Shown here piece after piece: positions 9,936 through 23,076 of a DNA stretch of 33,690 nt. Positions within the stretch are counted from its first letter, which is position 1. Each line of letters begins with the position of its first letter. Under the pieces are notes generated by a model. It did not search any database and was not told the origin of the DNA. It saw nothing but the letters and a program-made list of their open reading frames with translations. Where the stretch lies: the NCBI RefSeq assembly GCF_001194135.2, contig NC_068981.1, positions 171,206,799-171,240,488 on the forward strand, written 5' to 3'. Made by a program: the position numbers and the translations under genes. Origin of the DNA: Octopus bimaculoides. Lineage: Eukaryota.

Positions 9936-11688
9936 CGACGTACGTACACTTTGGTCTCTTATATATGTAAGTATATATATTTATCTAAATCTGGCACGAC
10001 TTCTTTTATTCTTTTATTCTTTCCTTCTTTCTATCAGCCCTTTCACGCTTATTGCGTTCATTCCACTCTTCGTGCTTTCGTTCCTCATCTCTCACATTTC
10101 ATTGCCTTCTCTTCATGCTCACTTTCCTCCTCTTTTCACTTCACTGTGTCCTTATCATTTTTCTCAACCCTCCTTATTTCTTCTGTCCCACTGCCTCTAC
10201 CTCTCTCTCCCTCTCTCTCTTCTCTCCCCACGTGACCGGTGTTCGGCCAAGCCTGACCTTTCGTTCTTGGTTCGGCCGTTGTCCGTACAACATCTATATT
10301 CTTCCATGTGCCTGTGAAATCTTGTATCCCTGCCGTAAGGCTTTNNNNNNNNNNNNNNNNNNNNNNNNNNNNNNNNNNNNNNNNNNNNNNNNNNNNNNNN
10401 NNNNNNNNNNNNNNNNNNNNNNNNNNNNNNNNNNNNNNNNNNNNNNNNNNNNNNNNNNNNNNNNNNNNNNNNNNNNNNNNNNNNNNNNNNNNNNNNNNNN
10501 NNNNNNNNNNNNNNNNNNNNNNNNNNNNNNNNNNNNNNNNNNNNNNNNNNNNNNNNNNNNNNNNNNNNNNNNNNNNNNNNNNNNNNNNNNNNNNNNNNNN
10601 NNNNNNNNNNNNNNNNNNNNNNNNNNNNNNNNNNNNNNNNNNNNNNNNNNNNNNNNNNNNNNNNNNNNNNNNNNNNNNNNNNNNNNNNNNNNNNNNNNNN
10701 NNNNNNNNNNNNNNNNNNNNNNNNNNNNNNNNNNNNNNNNNNNNNNNNNNNNNNNNNNNNNNNNNNNNNNNNNNNNNNNNNNNNNNNNNNNNNNNNNNNN
10801 NNNNNNNNNNNNNNNNNNNNNNNNNNNNNNNNNNNNNNNNNNNNNNNNNNNNNNNNNNNNNNNNNNNNNNNNNNNNNNNNNNNNNNNNNNNNNNNNNNNN
10901 NNNGCATATATATATATACTCCGTATTCCATTAATAGAAAAAAGAAAATTGGAGAGTTGAAAGTTAATAATTATTTAGTAATAAATTGATAATTCTTACT
11001 TCCTACACCTGTTTCGATTTGTGCTCATTAAATGAATTATAAATTTATGCTTTGCATTTCCATTTATATGATATGAGCAAAATATCAGAGGAAAAGATAT
11101 ACAATAAAAGATTATATGTTGACCAGCAGACTAAATATATTATTTATTTTTATGTTTGCGTGTGTGTGAGGGTTAACAGATTAATTTGAATATAATAAGA
11201 AATAAAGTTAAATAACTAATTAAGTTGAATAAAATAATATAATATAAAAGTTAAAACACAATAAAAACAACAGGTATAAAATATAAAATAGATAAGTTAA
11301 AAAAATAAAATAGAATAAATAAATAAAACTAGAACAAAGATAAAATAGAATAGAATATACATATATGGATAAAAATGTACATACAGATAAACATATATAT
11401 AAAATATAGGTAAAAAGTACATACATACATATACATGTATACTCCTCGAATTGAAGGTTATAATGCGTATATATGTGTACGATTATATGCTTTATGCACG
11501 TACGTATGTGTGCGTACTTGCGTATCTGTACATTTATGCATACATTTATATATGCGCATGTGTATGTATAAATGCATATGAATATAGATATATGTTTATA
11601 TATGTGTGTATGTGTATAAGTGAGTATGTATATATATATATTCGTTTATATTTATATAAAGGACATTATTACAATATATATATATATG

Positions 11689-11722
<34 letters not shown>

Positions 11723-12812
11723 TGTATGCATGCGATTATTATTGTGAGTCTTTTATTACCATATAATTCAACACACGTGCATATATTGAGAAGCCGTTAC
11801 GATTAGATATTTTCTGAAACGCTTAACCGCATGTAAACTAATTTAAATTTCTCCAACCAATGATCACTGGTTAATACACAGAGTCTGTCTGTGAGTTTTT
11901 TCGTATATATAAGTGTGTATGAGCACAAATGGAATCAGGTGTAGAAAGTAAGAATTGATTAATAAATAATTAACTTTCAACTCTCCATTTTCTTTTCTTC
12001 TATTAATTGAATACGGATTATATATGCATAATATATACCTATTCATTTAGGGAGATTGTATTTCCAAAATCTATTAGGTATAGAACCTGTGTTATATCGG
12101 ATGTAATCATCCCTTTAAGAGGTTAATATATCCTCTATTTAACTTATATATATATATATATATACATTTAGTTGAGCTAAAGTCTAGCCTGTCTACGAGT
12201 ATTGTTANNNNNNNNNNTATATATATATATACATATATATGTATATGGATATGTGTGTGTGCATATGTGTGTATGTATGTATATGGACAAGTACACACAA
12301 AAACGTACATATACAAATATAATGATTTACACATCTATATATTTATGAATTATTGCTTTCGCATTTCCCTTTCTATCGATCATTCTACATCTGGCAATCT
12401 CTGTCTTTCTACCACTCTTTCTCTCTCTTTTTCTTTCGTTCTCTCTCCCACAGATGCACACACTCTCTCTTTCTCTCTCGGTTTCCTGCTTTCTATTTCC
12501 TTCTATCACTCTCTCTCTCATAACCTCTATCTCTTTCTTTTTTCCTTTCTATGTCACTCACTAGTTCCAATACGTTTACTCTTCTTACTCCACAATATTG
12601 AAACACAGATCTTGTAAAACTGTTCTGTTTTAACAATGGATATATATTTATGTATTATAGAATTGCTTTCCCTTTAAGCAGCTTTTGTCTGAAAGTCAAA
12701 CAATCCCGGTTTTCTCCCGTTCAACTCAAAGAACCTATCCTATTCTGTATGCAGAAGAATATAGCTGAGGTAGCAATAAATAAACATGTATTTGTAAGTG
12801 ATTTTTTGACTC

Positions 12813-12814
<2 letters not shown>

Positions 12815-12862
<48 letters not shown>

Positions 12863-12868
12863 TGTGTG
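12815..12868. repeat. (TG)n microsatellite
   Basis: Read directly from the sequence. Confidence 0.97.
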
Positions 12869-13203
12869 TTTGTATTTCTGTTTGGGTGTGTATGTAACAT
12901 TTTTTATACATGCCTGCTCACATATATATTCCTAAATAACCAGAAAACCACCGCACACAATAACATACGCAAATGTACATATATACATGCATACACTCTC
13001 TCTCACACACACAAACATATATATATATATATACACATACAAGTGTTTGAAGAAATATTGAAATATGTAAATATTCACGTGAATGTATATATGCATGTGC
13101 TTCTGTATCCGTGTATGTGCGTATGTATATGTGCATATACTGAGAAATGGGGACGTATGCAATTATCTCTTAATTCATATATATATATACATACATACAT
13201 ATA

Positions 13204-13241
<38 letters not shown>

Positions 13242-13879
13242 TATTGAACTTGACGACCCTTCAACTTGCTTTAAAATTCCACAAATAATATTAAAACTAT
13301 AGAGGAAATCCTTTCTTATGTGAGGTCGTGTTGGTGCAAGTATATGGTTGAGATTAAGAAATTTGCTTTATGTTTCTACATTGAATCTTATTTTGTGCTC
13401 ACTGCGGTAAATATCAACTAGGAAAGCTTCGAGTTGACTGACAACTTGCTAACAAAAATTGGTAGAGGGAAATGTACGAAGCTACTCGGACTTGACATAG
13501 TTTCTCTCATCATTGTCTGTCAGTCCTCTTTGAATTCCGTACAGTAAGTCATGGACGCGGACGCCGCTCTTTCTTCCTTTATTTATCTGAAAAACCAAAA
13601 TGGTGGATGAATGACAACTGTACATTTAGTCTATTTCTTATATGCCAAGAATCATGTGACATTTATCTCTTTAAAAGCAACTCTATTAAAAATAAAGTTA
13701 GCTAAATTGCAGTCAGTATTTTTGAGCCAAGGCCATCATTGAGACTAAGGGGAAATTCAATTGTTATTTCAAGCAGCTCGACTGACTTCTTACTAGCATA
13801 GTCATTGTCTTGTCTATGATAGTAATTTGTAGCAGTATATTAACCTACTTATTTGCTTCTATAGAAAAATAATACATGT

Positions 13880-15385
13880 AAATTATATTAAAGTACCTCC
13901 CAAAAGGCGCACGCAGTGTGGACTTTTAAGCTACCTCCTGTCGAAGGCTAATTGGGGCTGCGGTCCAAAACTAAAGGGAGCAATAATAATGAAGCGTTTA
14001 TTGGTATCCTCCCATCTCATATTTATATCACAGAGTATCGCATGTGGAGAATTTTGTATCACTGTGACATTTGGAGATCATTGTAAAGCAGCAGGGTAAA
14101 CAACATCTTTGGTTTTGCTATTTGGTGTGAGTATGAAGAGATTGGTGCCATTTCCAACTCTGGAGCAACCAAAATAGAGCTGCTCATGAGAAAAGCACTG
14201 CTGCATGAGGTGAAGTCCAACAACTTTCAGAGGATGCCCTTGACTCCTGTTAATTGGCATAGCAAAATTATCGCTTACTGGAAATTGAAGTCTCTTGAAT
14301 TCAATGGGCATGTCTGCTGGAATCAGTGGAATTCTTGGAATAAACACATTTTCTCCTTTTCCTTGTCCAGTTAGGATTGTTGTTTCCAAATGATGTGGCT
14401 GCATCTGCCTGACAATTAGTCTGGTTCTTTTGCAAAGGTTTGGAGAATACAGATTTGTCAAAAGCATGATTGGAACCTCTTTCTTTAATGTCAGTTTGTG
14501 AGCAGGCATTCCAGAAGTATCCAAAGAGTTAAGGAACACAATAGGATAATTCACAGCCCCATACGGGTACACAATAGTATCAACTGAGAAATAATTTTTT
14601 CCCCAGTATTGATTGATTGCATAAGTTCCCAATTCACAACCTGGACAGTTTCATTCTTTGAAGTATAGCTCTTTCACAAGGCAAACCAGGAACATGAAAA
14701 TTATGTTCAATGTTTGGTTAAACCTTGGTAATCACCTCTTCGACAGTTTTGACCAAAATGTCACAGCCACTTGGAAAAGTAGTATCTTCATTACAGTCTT
14801 ACTGAATGCTTCTATTTCCCAGATCCTGTTGCTGAGCTGCAAATCTTCCAGCATCCAAATCTCGGAATAAAATGATTCTGCTTAAAGTTCGTTCCGGCGA
14901 TATGGCAGAAAGTTCGAATTTGGGTGGAAGTTCGATTTGGGCCGAACGTTCGAGTATTTCAATATTTCCTTCCGAGCATTTCAATTCACAAGCTCAGCAG
15001 AACATCGAAGCCTCACGAACACGAAACCTTTCACTCTAGCTTGGATATAATTTTAAATTAACTGAATTGAAAATTGCTTTTAAATTCACAAAGTTTTGCT
15101 ATTACTTTAAGTTCAGTTTAAATGAAAAATTTGTAAGTTGACAAATCTTTGGGGTTCTTTTAAAATTTGAATGTTCAACTGTTAGCATATAACAAAACCT
15201 CATCCAGACCTGATCCCAATGTTGGATGTTCCAGAAACTAATGAATGATAGATTTTCGATCACCGTGTCATCCAGATTCCAGAAAGATATATACTTATGC
15301 AGAGTAAATGTAGACCGCGTTGCAGGGGTCCCGGATGGATGGACGGACGGACCGACGGACAGAATTTTGCGTTTATTATAATAGA
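13880..15385 (-). mobile_element. Internally deleted Helitron (5' terminus plus helicase C-terminal half); 3' boundary uncertain
   Basis: The minus strand starts A|TCTATTATAATAAACGCAAAATTCTGTCCGTCGGTCCGTCC, a Helitron-like 5' TC end followed by a short tetranucleotide repeat. The helicase remnant lies at 14078-14875. No convincing hairpin-CTRR 3' end was seen. Confidence 0.7.
14078..14875 (-). pseudogene. Helitron RepHel PIF1-like helicase, C-terminal remnant
   Basis: YPIVFLNSLDTSGMPAHKLTLKKEVPIMLLTNL...FIPRIPLIP...FKRLQFPV...FAMPINRSQG...CFSHEQLYFGCSRV...TKDVVY. Upstream, stop-interrupted homology continues (TVEEVITKV*PNIEHN...ERAIL). Confidence 0.92.
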
Positions 15386-15965
15386 TTGGAAAAGAGAAGT
15401 AAATTCTAAACACGTGCGGAATTCTATAGAATAAGGATTTCCTACAAGGGTGGTAGTTAATTTAAGGAGAAACGGAAATGACGGTTTTGAGTTTTTGCAG
15501 CAGCATACAAAAATACGGAACTGAATACCAAAGAGAATTTTATCTATAGGTTTTTATCTCATATCATAAAGTGATGTTCAATAAATAGCACCAGTTCTGT
15601 ACTAATTTTATATTTTAGATATGTCACTATATATATATATATATATATNNNNNNNNNNNNNNNNNNNNNNNNNNNNNNNNNNNNNNNNNNNNNNNNNNNN
15701 NNNNNNNNNNNNNNNNNNNNNNNNNNNNNNNNNNNNNNNNNNNNNNNNNNNNNNNNNNNNNNNCATAAAATCTAAAAAGAAAAACTTGACTAAAAACCTT
15801 AGGACAAAAGGTTCTTGTTCAAATTTTCTCTTTAGCGACAGCGTTATCAGAGATTTTTGTGCTTTTATATGTTTCGAGCAAAATAAATGATTCAAAATAT
15901 GACACAAGGCTAGCACTTTTAGGGAAGTGTTTAAATCGATTACATCTGGCACAGTTCTCACATGG

Positions 15966-16102
15966 GACTTATTTAATTAATGCCGAAAGGATGAAAGGCA
16001 CAGTTGACATCGGCGGAATTTGAACTCAGAACGTAATGGGTCGGAAGATATACCGCTAAGCATTTTGTCTGCGCACTAACGATTCTATCATCTCTAGACC
16101 TT
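15966..16102 (-). mobile_element. SINE family B, 5' part
   Basis: GGATGAAAGGCACAGTTGACATCGGCGGAATTTGAACTCAGAACGTAA...CCGCTAAGCATTTTGTC...CTAACGATTCT matches 7118-7228. Confidence 0.8.
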
Positions 16103-16251
16103 ATAACGAAAAATAGCGCTTATTTGAAAAAGAAGTAGAATTTTTTCCACAAAGTATTTGACCTACACTTCTATTAATAAATACATATTCAAAAGATGTA
16201 AACTAAAATATATAAATAGATATGCAATTTATCCCGTGTATATAATATGGA

Positions 16252-16387
16252 TTTCAAAATTTGGCACAAGTTCGGGGGATGCGTAAGTCAATTATATCGA
16301 CCCCAGTGCTCAACTAGTACTTATTTTATCGACCCCGAAATAGACTTACCCCTCCCCGAAGTTACTGGACATGTGTCAAAGTTAGAA
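16252..16387. mobile_element. Rearranged SINE family B 3' ends in opposite orientations
   Basis: 16252-16340 is the minus-strand 3' end; 16341-16387 (TAGACTTACCCCTCCCCGAAGTTACTGGACATGTGTCAAAGTTAGAA) is the plus-strand 3' end. Confidence 0.7.
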
Positions 16388-19300
16388 CCTAATTAAATAT
16401 AGGGTCGGAACAGTTTTTGTGGTTCTGCCAAATGATCGGCAGCAAAGATGCTCCATGATTTATGCGAATTCCTAATGTTTATAAACAGAAGTTATTATTG
16501 ACAGCAAAAGCAAGCCGTAGTGAGAAATTGGTATGTGTGGATTTAACAGTATATTATCATTATTACCTACAGTACCAATGTCCTCAAGGGCTATAGATAT
16601 TTGCAAAGATTTTGGTTAATATTTTGCGATGCACACCGTACAACAACAAAAGTCTCCCAATTTCACCTGAGTCACCTTCAACTACATTCAATGAAATGTT
16701 TTAATCATAGATAACAAATCTATGTTCTGTTTAAGAAACGAATTCATAACCTTATAACTGCTAAACCACACACTCTAACTGTTATCAGACACAACGAGTA
16801 TACCAGTATGCCAGTATATCTGCGAACCGGAATCAAACTTTTAGATGTTTAGACCCAGATGAGATATATAATTTCTTTACTTTCTCCAGTTATCAAAAAT
16901 GTAATAGAAATATTTCGAAAATGCGAACGTCTGAGAACTTCTATATTCGCGCTTTAACTGCTGGTCAAACAATATTGCGCTGTCTTAAAAAATAAGACAA
17001 CAGGCATTGTGAAAATGGATTTTAAAAAATAGGCCAAAATTAGAAAAAAGTATCCAATAATGAGTTCATATTAAGCGTGCTCAATCAGATTTGACCTTAG
17101 ATTAAACATCAGTAACAAGAAATATATCAATACTTCCTTCGCACTATTTCAGTAAGTTTAAGATGTTTGGATTTCAAAATATTTCATAGCTGTTAACTGG
17201 GTTAGAAACTAATTAATTCTGCGATATTAAATGTCACTGTTTATCCATCAATCGATATCGCTTTCTATAAAGGAAAGTAGTGTCATGTGCCCTCTAATAT
17301 TTCCCTTATGGCAAAGTGTTTATCTTTGCCGTTTAATTGATTTTGAGTCTCATCGAACGTGTTACAGAAATCGAAACGTACTGGACAAACCGTTATTTCA
17401 GTATTACTTGCACACACACACGCACGCACACACACGCACGTACACACACGCAAGTACACACGTATTTGCGTATATATATATGTATATGCACTCTGCACCG
17501 CCAGCAGATTGCACACCCAGAATACCGAATGATACCTTTTAGTGATCATATTGAAAAATGCGCAAAACAAATGCTACCACAATTTATAATCTTTCCTTTT
17601 TATCAATGTGCCATTAAAACACCAACACAGATTAGATTAAATAAGGAAACCTTTTTCATTCAAAAATACAAACCCAAACTTAACCATTGCTAACACATTT
17701 AAATAAGGAAATTCATCACCCCACTGAGAAAAAAAGGGGGAANNNNNNNNNNNNNNNNNNNNNNNNNNNNNNNNNNNNNNNNNNNNNNNNNNNNNNNNNN
17801 NNNNNNNNNNNNNNNNNNNNNNNNNNNNNNNNNNNNNNNNNNNNNNNNNNNNNNNNNNNNNNNNNNNNNNNNNNNNNNNNNNNNNNNNNNNNNNNNNNNN
17901 NNNNNNNNNNNNNNNNNNNNNNNNNNNNNNNNNNNNNNNNNNNNNNNNNNNNNNNNNNNNNNNNNNNNNNNNNNNNNNNNNNNNNNNNNNNNNNNNNNNN
18001 NNNNNNNNNNNNNNNNNNNNNNNNNNNNNNNNNNNNNNNNNNNNNNNNNNNNNNNNNNNNNNNNNNNNNNNNNNNNNNNNNNNNNNNNNNNNNNNNNNNN
18101 NNNNNNNNNNNNNNNNNNNNNNNNNNNNNNNNNNNNNNNNNNNNNNNNNNNNNNNNNNNNNNNNNNNNNNNNNNNNNNNNNNNNNNNNNNNNNNNNNNNN
18201 NNNNNNNNNNNNNNNNNNNNNNNNNNNNNNNNNNNNNNNNNNNNNNNNNNNNNNNNNNNNNNNNNNNNNNNNNNNNNNNNNNNNNNNNNNNNNNNNNNNN
18301 NNNNNNNNNNNNNNNNNNNNNNNNNNNNNNNNNNNNNNNNNNNNNNNNNNNNNNNNNNNNNNNNNNNNNNNNNNNNNNNNNNNNNNNNNNNNNNNNNNNN
18401 NNNNNNNNNNNNNNNNNNNNNNNNNNNNNNNNNNNNNNNNNNNNNNNNNNNNNNNNNNNNNNNNNNNNNNNNNNNNNNNNNNNNNNNNNNNNNNNNNNNN
18501 NNNNNNNNNNNNNNNNNNNNNNNNNNNNNNNNNNNNNNNNNNNNNNNNNNNNNNNNNNNNNNNNNNNNNNNNNNNTATATATATAGTACAGTTTATAGTG
18601 TCTATGAATATCCAGGTAAATCATCCCAGGTATACGGACTATGATCTTAAGGAACTTGTGTGATTTGTGGAAAGGCGCGTAGTGATGCATTAAGATTATC
18701 ATAAACTCCATCTAAGAATTCTTAAAGTGAGTTTAGTTTGTCCGATGTAGTGTTCTCTGCATTCGTAACATTTCATAACATATTACATTTTTTAGAGAAC
18801 AAGTAAAATTGTTTATCACACTGAAAGCTCTTCCTGATTTAAATCTACAAGTTCCTCAATAAGGTTCTCGCAAGTCCACATTTTTTAACTGTTGAAGTTG
18901 ACTCCGTTGTTGGTATTTTCGCATTGGTAAGTTGTTCCTATAGGGACTTATATTGTCATTTTCATTTGGTTATTATATCTGTAAATACTTGCTTCAGAAA
19001 TATTTAATACCTAGAATGCATTTATCACATGTCAGGTAAACGGAATTACTTATGTGCATCATGATCTCGTTCCATCTGGCTTTGTGGTCTACTATGAATA
19101 CCAAAGGTTAAAGAAGAAACAAGTCACGAATTGTGAACAATAGACAAAAAAAGGACGGTAGAATGAAATCTGTTTGGTTTGTAATTTTATTATATTTACG
19201 TAACATAGGGATGAATACATGCAAACCACGTGTGCATATATATGATATGTGTGTGCGCATAGGTATGTGTGTGTGTGTGTGCATTTATTAAACTTTTCCA

Positions 19301-20322
19301 AGTTCCAGCCTGCTCGCTTTCACTTGAGTTTTTTTGCTTTTATGCAACTTTTTGATGAGTGTGAAACAATAATTAAATATGTTATAACTAGGTAGGGATG
19401 TAGTTGTTTAGAAGGGAGAGACAGAGTAGGATATAATGATCATATGAGTTTCAAGCGTGTAGGTTAATAGAAAGTTACTGTATGGAGATTATATTTGGTT
19501 TGATGTAGTAGTTATGTTATTGCTTAATACAGCATGGAAGTAACTGTAAACAGTCTAAACAAATTTAGTTGTAATGGATTCAGGTCATGACATTCTTTGT
19601 GTCGACATTTGTCTTTTTCTCTGTTTTTGCGTTTTACGTTTGTCAAAAGAATGTTTGTAGATAAATTAATTATTCACAAAGCACAGGGTAAATTCAGGCT
19701 GAGCTGGTTTGCTGTTATTTCATTTCTATTAAATTAACAACTGTATGTTTTGAGAAGGTTGGGATTGAAAACTTTGTAAAAATAAATAATTACTGGGGTT
19801 TCTAGTCTCTTTCAAGCATGGTTATTTTTATTCATTTTCTATTTTTGTACGTATATGCATACATCTAAGATATAAAGGTTAGTGAATGTGTGTGTGTGTA
19901 TGTGTGTACGTGTGTATGTATGTATGTATATATATATATATATATATANNNNNNNNNNNNNNNNNNNNNNNNNNNNNNNNNNNNNNNNNNNNNNNNNNNN
20001 NNNNNNNNNNNNNNNNNNNNNNNNNNNNNNNNNNNNNNNNNNNNNNNNNNNNNNNNNNNNNNNNNNNNNNNNNNNNNNNNNNNNNNNNNNNNNNNNNNNN
20101 NNNNNNNNNNNNNNNNNNNNNNNNNNNNNNNNNNNNNNNNNNNNNNNNNNNNNNNNNNNNNNNNNNNNNNNNNNNNNNNNNNNNNNNNNNNNNNNNNNNN
20201 NNNNNNNNNNNNNNNNNNNNNNNNNNNNNNNNNNNNNNNNNNNNNNNNNNNNNNNNNNNNNNNNNNNNNNNNNNNNNNNNNNNNNNNNNNNNNNNNNNNN
20301 NNNNNNNNNNNNNNNNNNNNNN

Positions 20323-20358
<36 letters not shown>

Positions 20359-20732
20359 CTATATAGACATGATGGAATCTCCCGTTGAAGACGATGCATG
20401 ACTGCTCAGCTCTTGCTGAACGACCTGTACAAATAATATGTTTATATTGAGCAAATGTATGTGCTCTACATTAGCACACTCCCTTCATAGATCTTACGTT
20501 GCAATAACAGGTGCATCGTGTACCACACGTTAGCTGACGAAGTGATCGCATAGCAACGAGAGATGAAGTGTTTTGTTCAATACATAGACAGACAGACAGA
20601 CAGACAGATGTAATTCATATGAGCCTTCCTCATAGACGATTACACCTACGAAAAATACATCATCCTTACGCGTTCAAGTGGATGTACATGTAACGTCATG
20701 CAGGTACACGCAGCAATTTGCCTATAATAATA

Positions 20733-22093
20733 CAGGCAGAGAGGACGGACGTTTTTGAAAAATTCACAAAGCCATTAATTTTAGCTGCAAACAAATGTTA
20801 TTGACATCAATGTGTTTGTATTAAATTAGTATTTATCAAACTTAAGTGTGGAAAACAACATCCATCATGTGGTGCCCGTTTTTATTTCAAAATTAAGTGT
20901 GGAAAACATCATCCATCATGTGGTGTCCGTTGTTATTGATGTATTTCTGAAGAGATTCTTGGAAGTTGGCCTCCACTCTCCCCTGCATTGCTCTGTCGAC
21001 TTGGATGACTTCTACGCGAATAGCTTCTATCAAATCGTCCAATGTACGGGGGCTTATGTGCATACACACGTGCTTTGAGGTTTCGCCAAAGAAACAATCA
21101 CACATGGACAAATCAGGGGAGGGGACCAAATAATGTCAGCAAACCTGAAAATGGGGCGGTCACTGAAGAGAGGGTGAAGAACTTCCATTGATTCTCTGGC
21201 TGTGTGGGCCGTCGTCTCATTTTGCTGAAACCACACACGTCGAATAGGCATGTGTTTTCGTCGTTATTCAGGCACAAAGAAGTTGTTTATCATCTCGATA
21301 TAACGCTAGAAGTTCACAGTAACAACATTTCCATTAGTGTCTTCAAAAAAGTAAGGGCCAATGAATGGCAGCTTTTCCAACAGCACACAAGACCGTCACT
21401 TTTGGGCTGTGGTCTTTCGTGTAGTTCTCTCGGATTTTCAAGAGTCCAATAACGACAATTCTGTTGATTCACCATGCCACTGAGATGAATATGAGCTTCA
21501 TCAAGAAAATGAATTTCTCATTTGCCTGAAAAATTGCTTCCATCTGACGTGCGAAGTTAAGCCGCTGTGCATAGTTCTATGGTTTCAATAGTTGCCAAAT
21601 GACCAATTTGTACGGGTGGAAATGCAAGCCTTCATCTAAAATCCTCCTTACTGACCGATTATCGATGACAAGTTCAGTGGAATGCCTCCGAGCAGAACAA
21701 TTCGGACTCCGTACCAAAGCTTGTCTGACGCATTCCAAATTTTCCGGGGTCTGTACCGTTCGTGGCGCCCCCATCGATCTCTTATTTATTAAAGTACCTC
21801 GTGTACGAAGAGAATTCACGTAATATGTTACGGGTGGGAACAGGCTAATATCAGTGAATGTTGAAGTGATGCCGAAACTCACGCTGAACTGCTGTGACAG
21901 ACTCATTATTCTCCACGTAATTGTCGTAGGCAAACACACGATGCTCTATCGTCCAAGGCGTATAGCTTCACAGGAAAAGAGAATAAAATGCTACTACACC
22001 ACGGATCGAATGGTACCTGTCGGACATATGTCCCTCCACCAGAGGCCGAGTAATAACCATTTCAAAAACGTCCTTCCTCTCTGCCCCACCCTC
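20733..22093 (-). mobile_element. Full-length decayed Tc1/mariner-superfamily transposon (rosa/DD41D-like)
   Basis: TIR core 20735-20760 versus 22060-22085 (25/26); TA at 20731-32 and 22094-95. The transposase remnant reads PWTIEHRVFAYDNY...VQREFR, GAPRTVQTPENLECVRQ...SARR, LHFHPYKL, WFQQNETTAHTARESM, SPDLSMCD and NGHHMMD, with many stops and frameshifts. Confidence 0.92.
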
Positions 22094-22745
22094 TATAGTG
22101 TAAATATAAATAACCATTCTAAAAAGAGACAAGAAAATCTTTATAATAATTTATTGTCTCCACAATCCTAACCCTCCCAAAACACATTCTTTAAACATTT
22201 TAAATAAAATCTACTAACACGACACCGATTTAGCCTGTGTCTGTTAAATACTGTGAAATCAGATATTCTTTTGTGATCCCTAAAACAACAAAAATCCACT
22301 TTCTATTTAAACAGCGAAGTGGTCTGAACTTCACAATGAATTTGACATGTAAGTAAACAACTTGATTAAATCATACACCAAAACCAATTCCTTATATCAA
22401 ACCAAAATAAATACTATTACCATAACTTTCCATCGAGTCACATTCTACAAGCACATACTTCCCTCCTACTTTGTTCTATCGTTTTTCTTGTGCAACTGGT
22501 TTCCCGGTCTACTTATACGAAACTTAATTTTCATTCTTGTACACAGCTTCACGTCCTTGCCAAATAACTTAGCAAAGACTATATATAATCTGATGAAACT
22601 TCGGAGTCATTCTCAAAATTTTCTTTCTAAAAGTTAATACATATTTGATATACTAAAATGTTGTGGTATTCTATATGTGAATATAGGCGCTATATATAAC
22701 TTGACATTAAGTAAACATTAAAATGCACACACATAACACATACAC

Positions 22746-22748
<3 letters not shown>

Positions 22749-22830
<82 letters not shown>
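22749..22830. repeat. (AC)n microsatellite
   Basis: Read directly from the sequence. Confidence 0.98.
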
Positions 22831-22834
<4 letters not shown>

Positions 22835-23076
22835 ACAAATATATACGTTTGTGTGTCGTGTGTGTGTGCCGTGTGTGTATGTGTGTGTGTGTAGCGTAGC
22901 CTAGTCACCTTGAGGTATCGTATGTTATCTATAAATGTTTTAAATATTCTTTTTTTCTTTGCCAAATCAATGCAAGGTATAGAAAAAAATTATTCAAGTT
23001 GACGCTTCGTGGTACTACATCGTGATTTCCATATTTCAAATTTCAGACCTTTTCTTCTAAACCTTTTTTCCATAGA

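Noticed and set aside
10228-10344. GC-rich segment with repeated TTCGGCC next to a gap
   Set aside because: It is cut off by the N run and too short to classify; probably the end of a repeat.
11220-11400. AATAA/AATAG-rich tract as polyadenylation signals
   Set aside because: It is degenerate low-complexity sequence with no associated exon.
13793-13822. CTAG plus a CATAGTCA/TGTCTATG hairpin as the 3' end of the minus-strand Helitron
   Set aside because: The hairpin is AT-rich and directly adjacent to CTAG rather than GC-rich and about 10 nt away; it is probably chance.
22315-22348. 34-nt AG...GTAAGT microexon candidate
   Set aside because: It has a modest acceptor, and splicing it to the other plus-strand candidates gives an immediate stop; such pairs are expected by chance.
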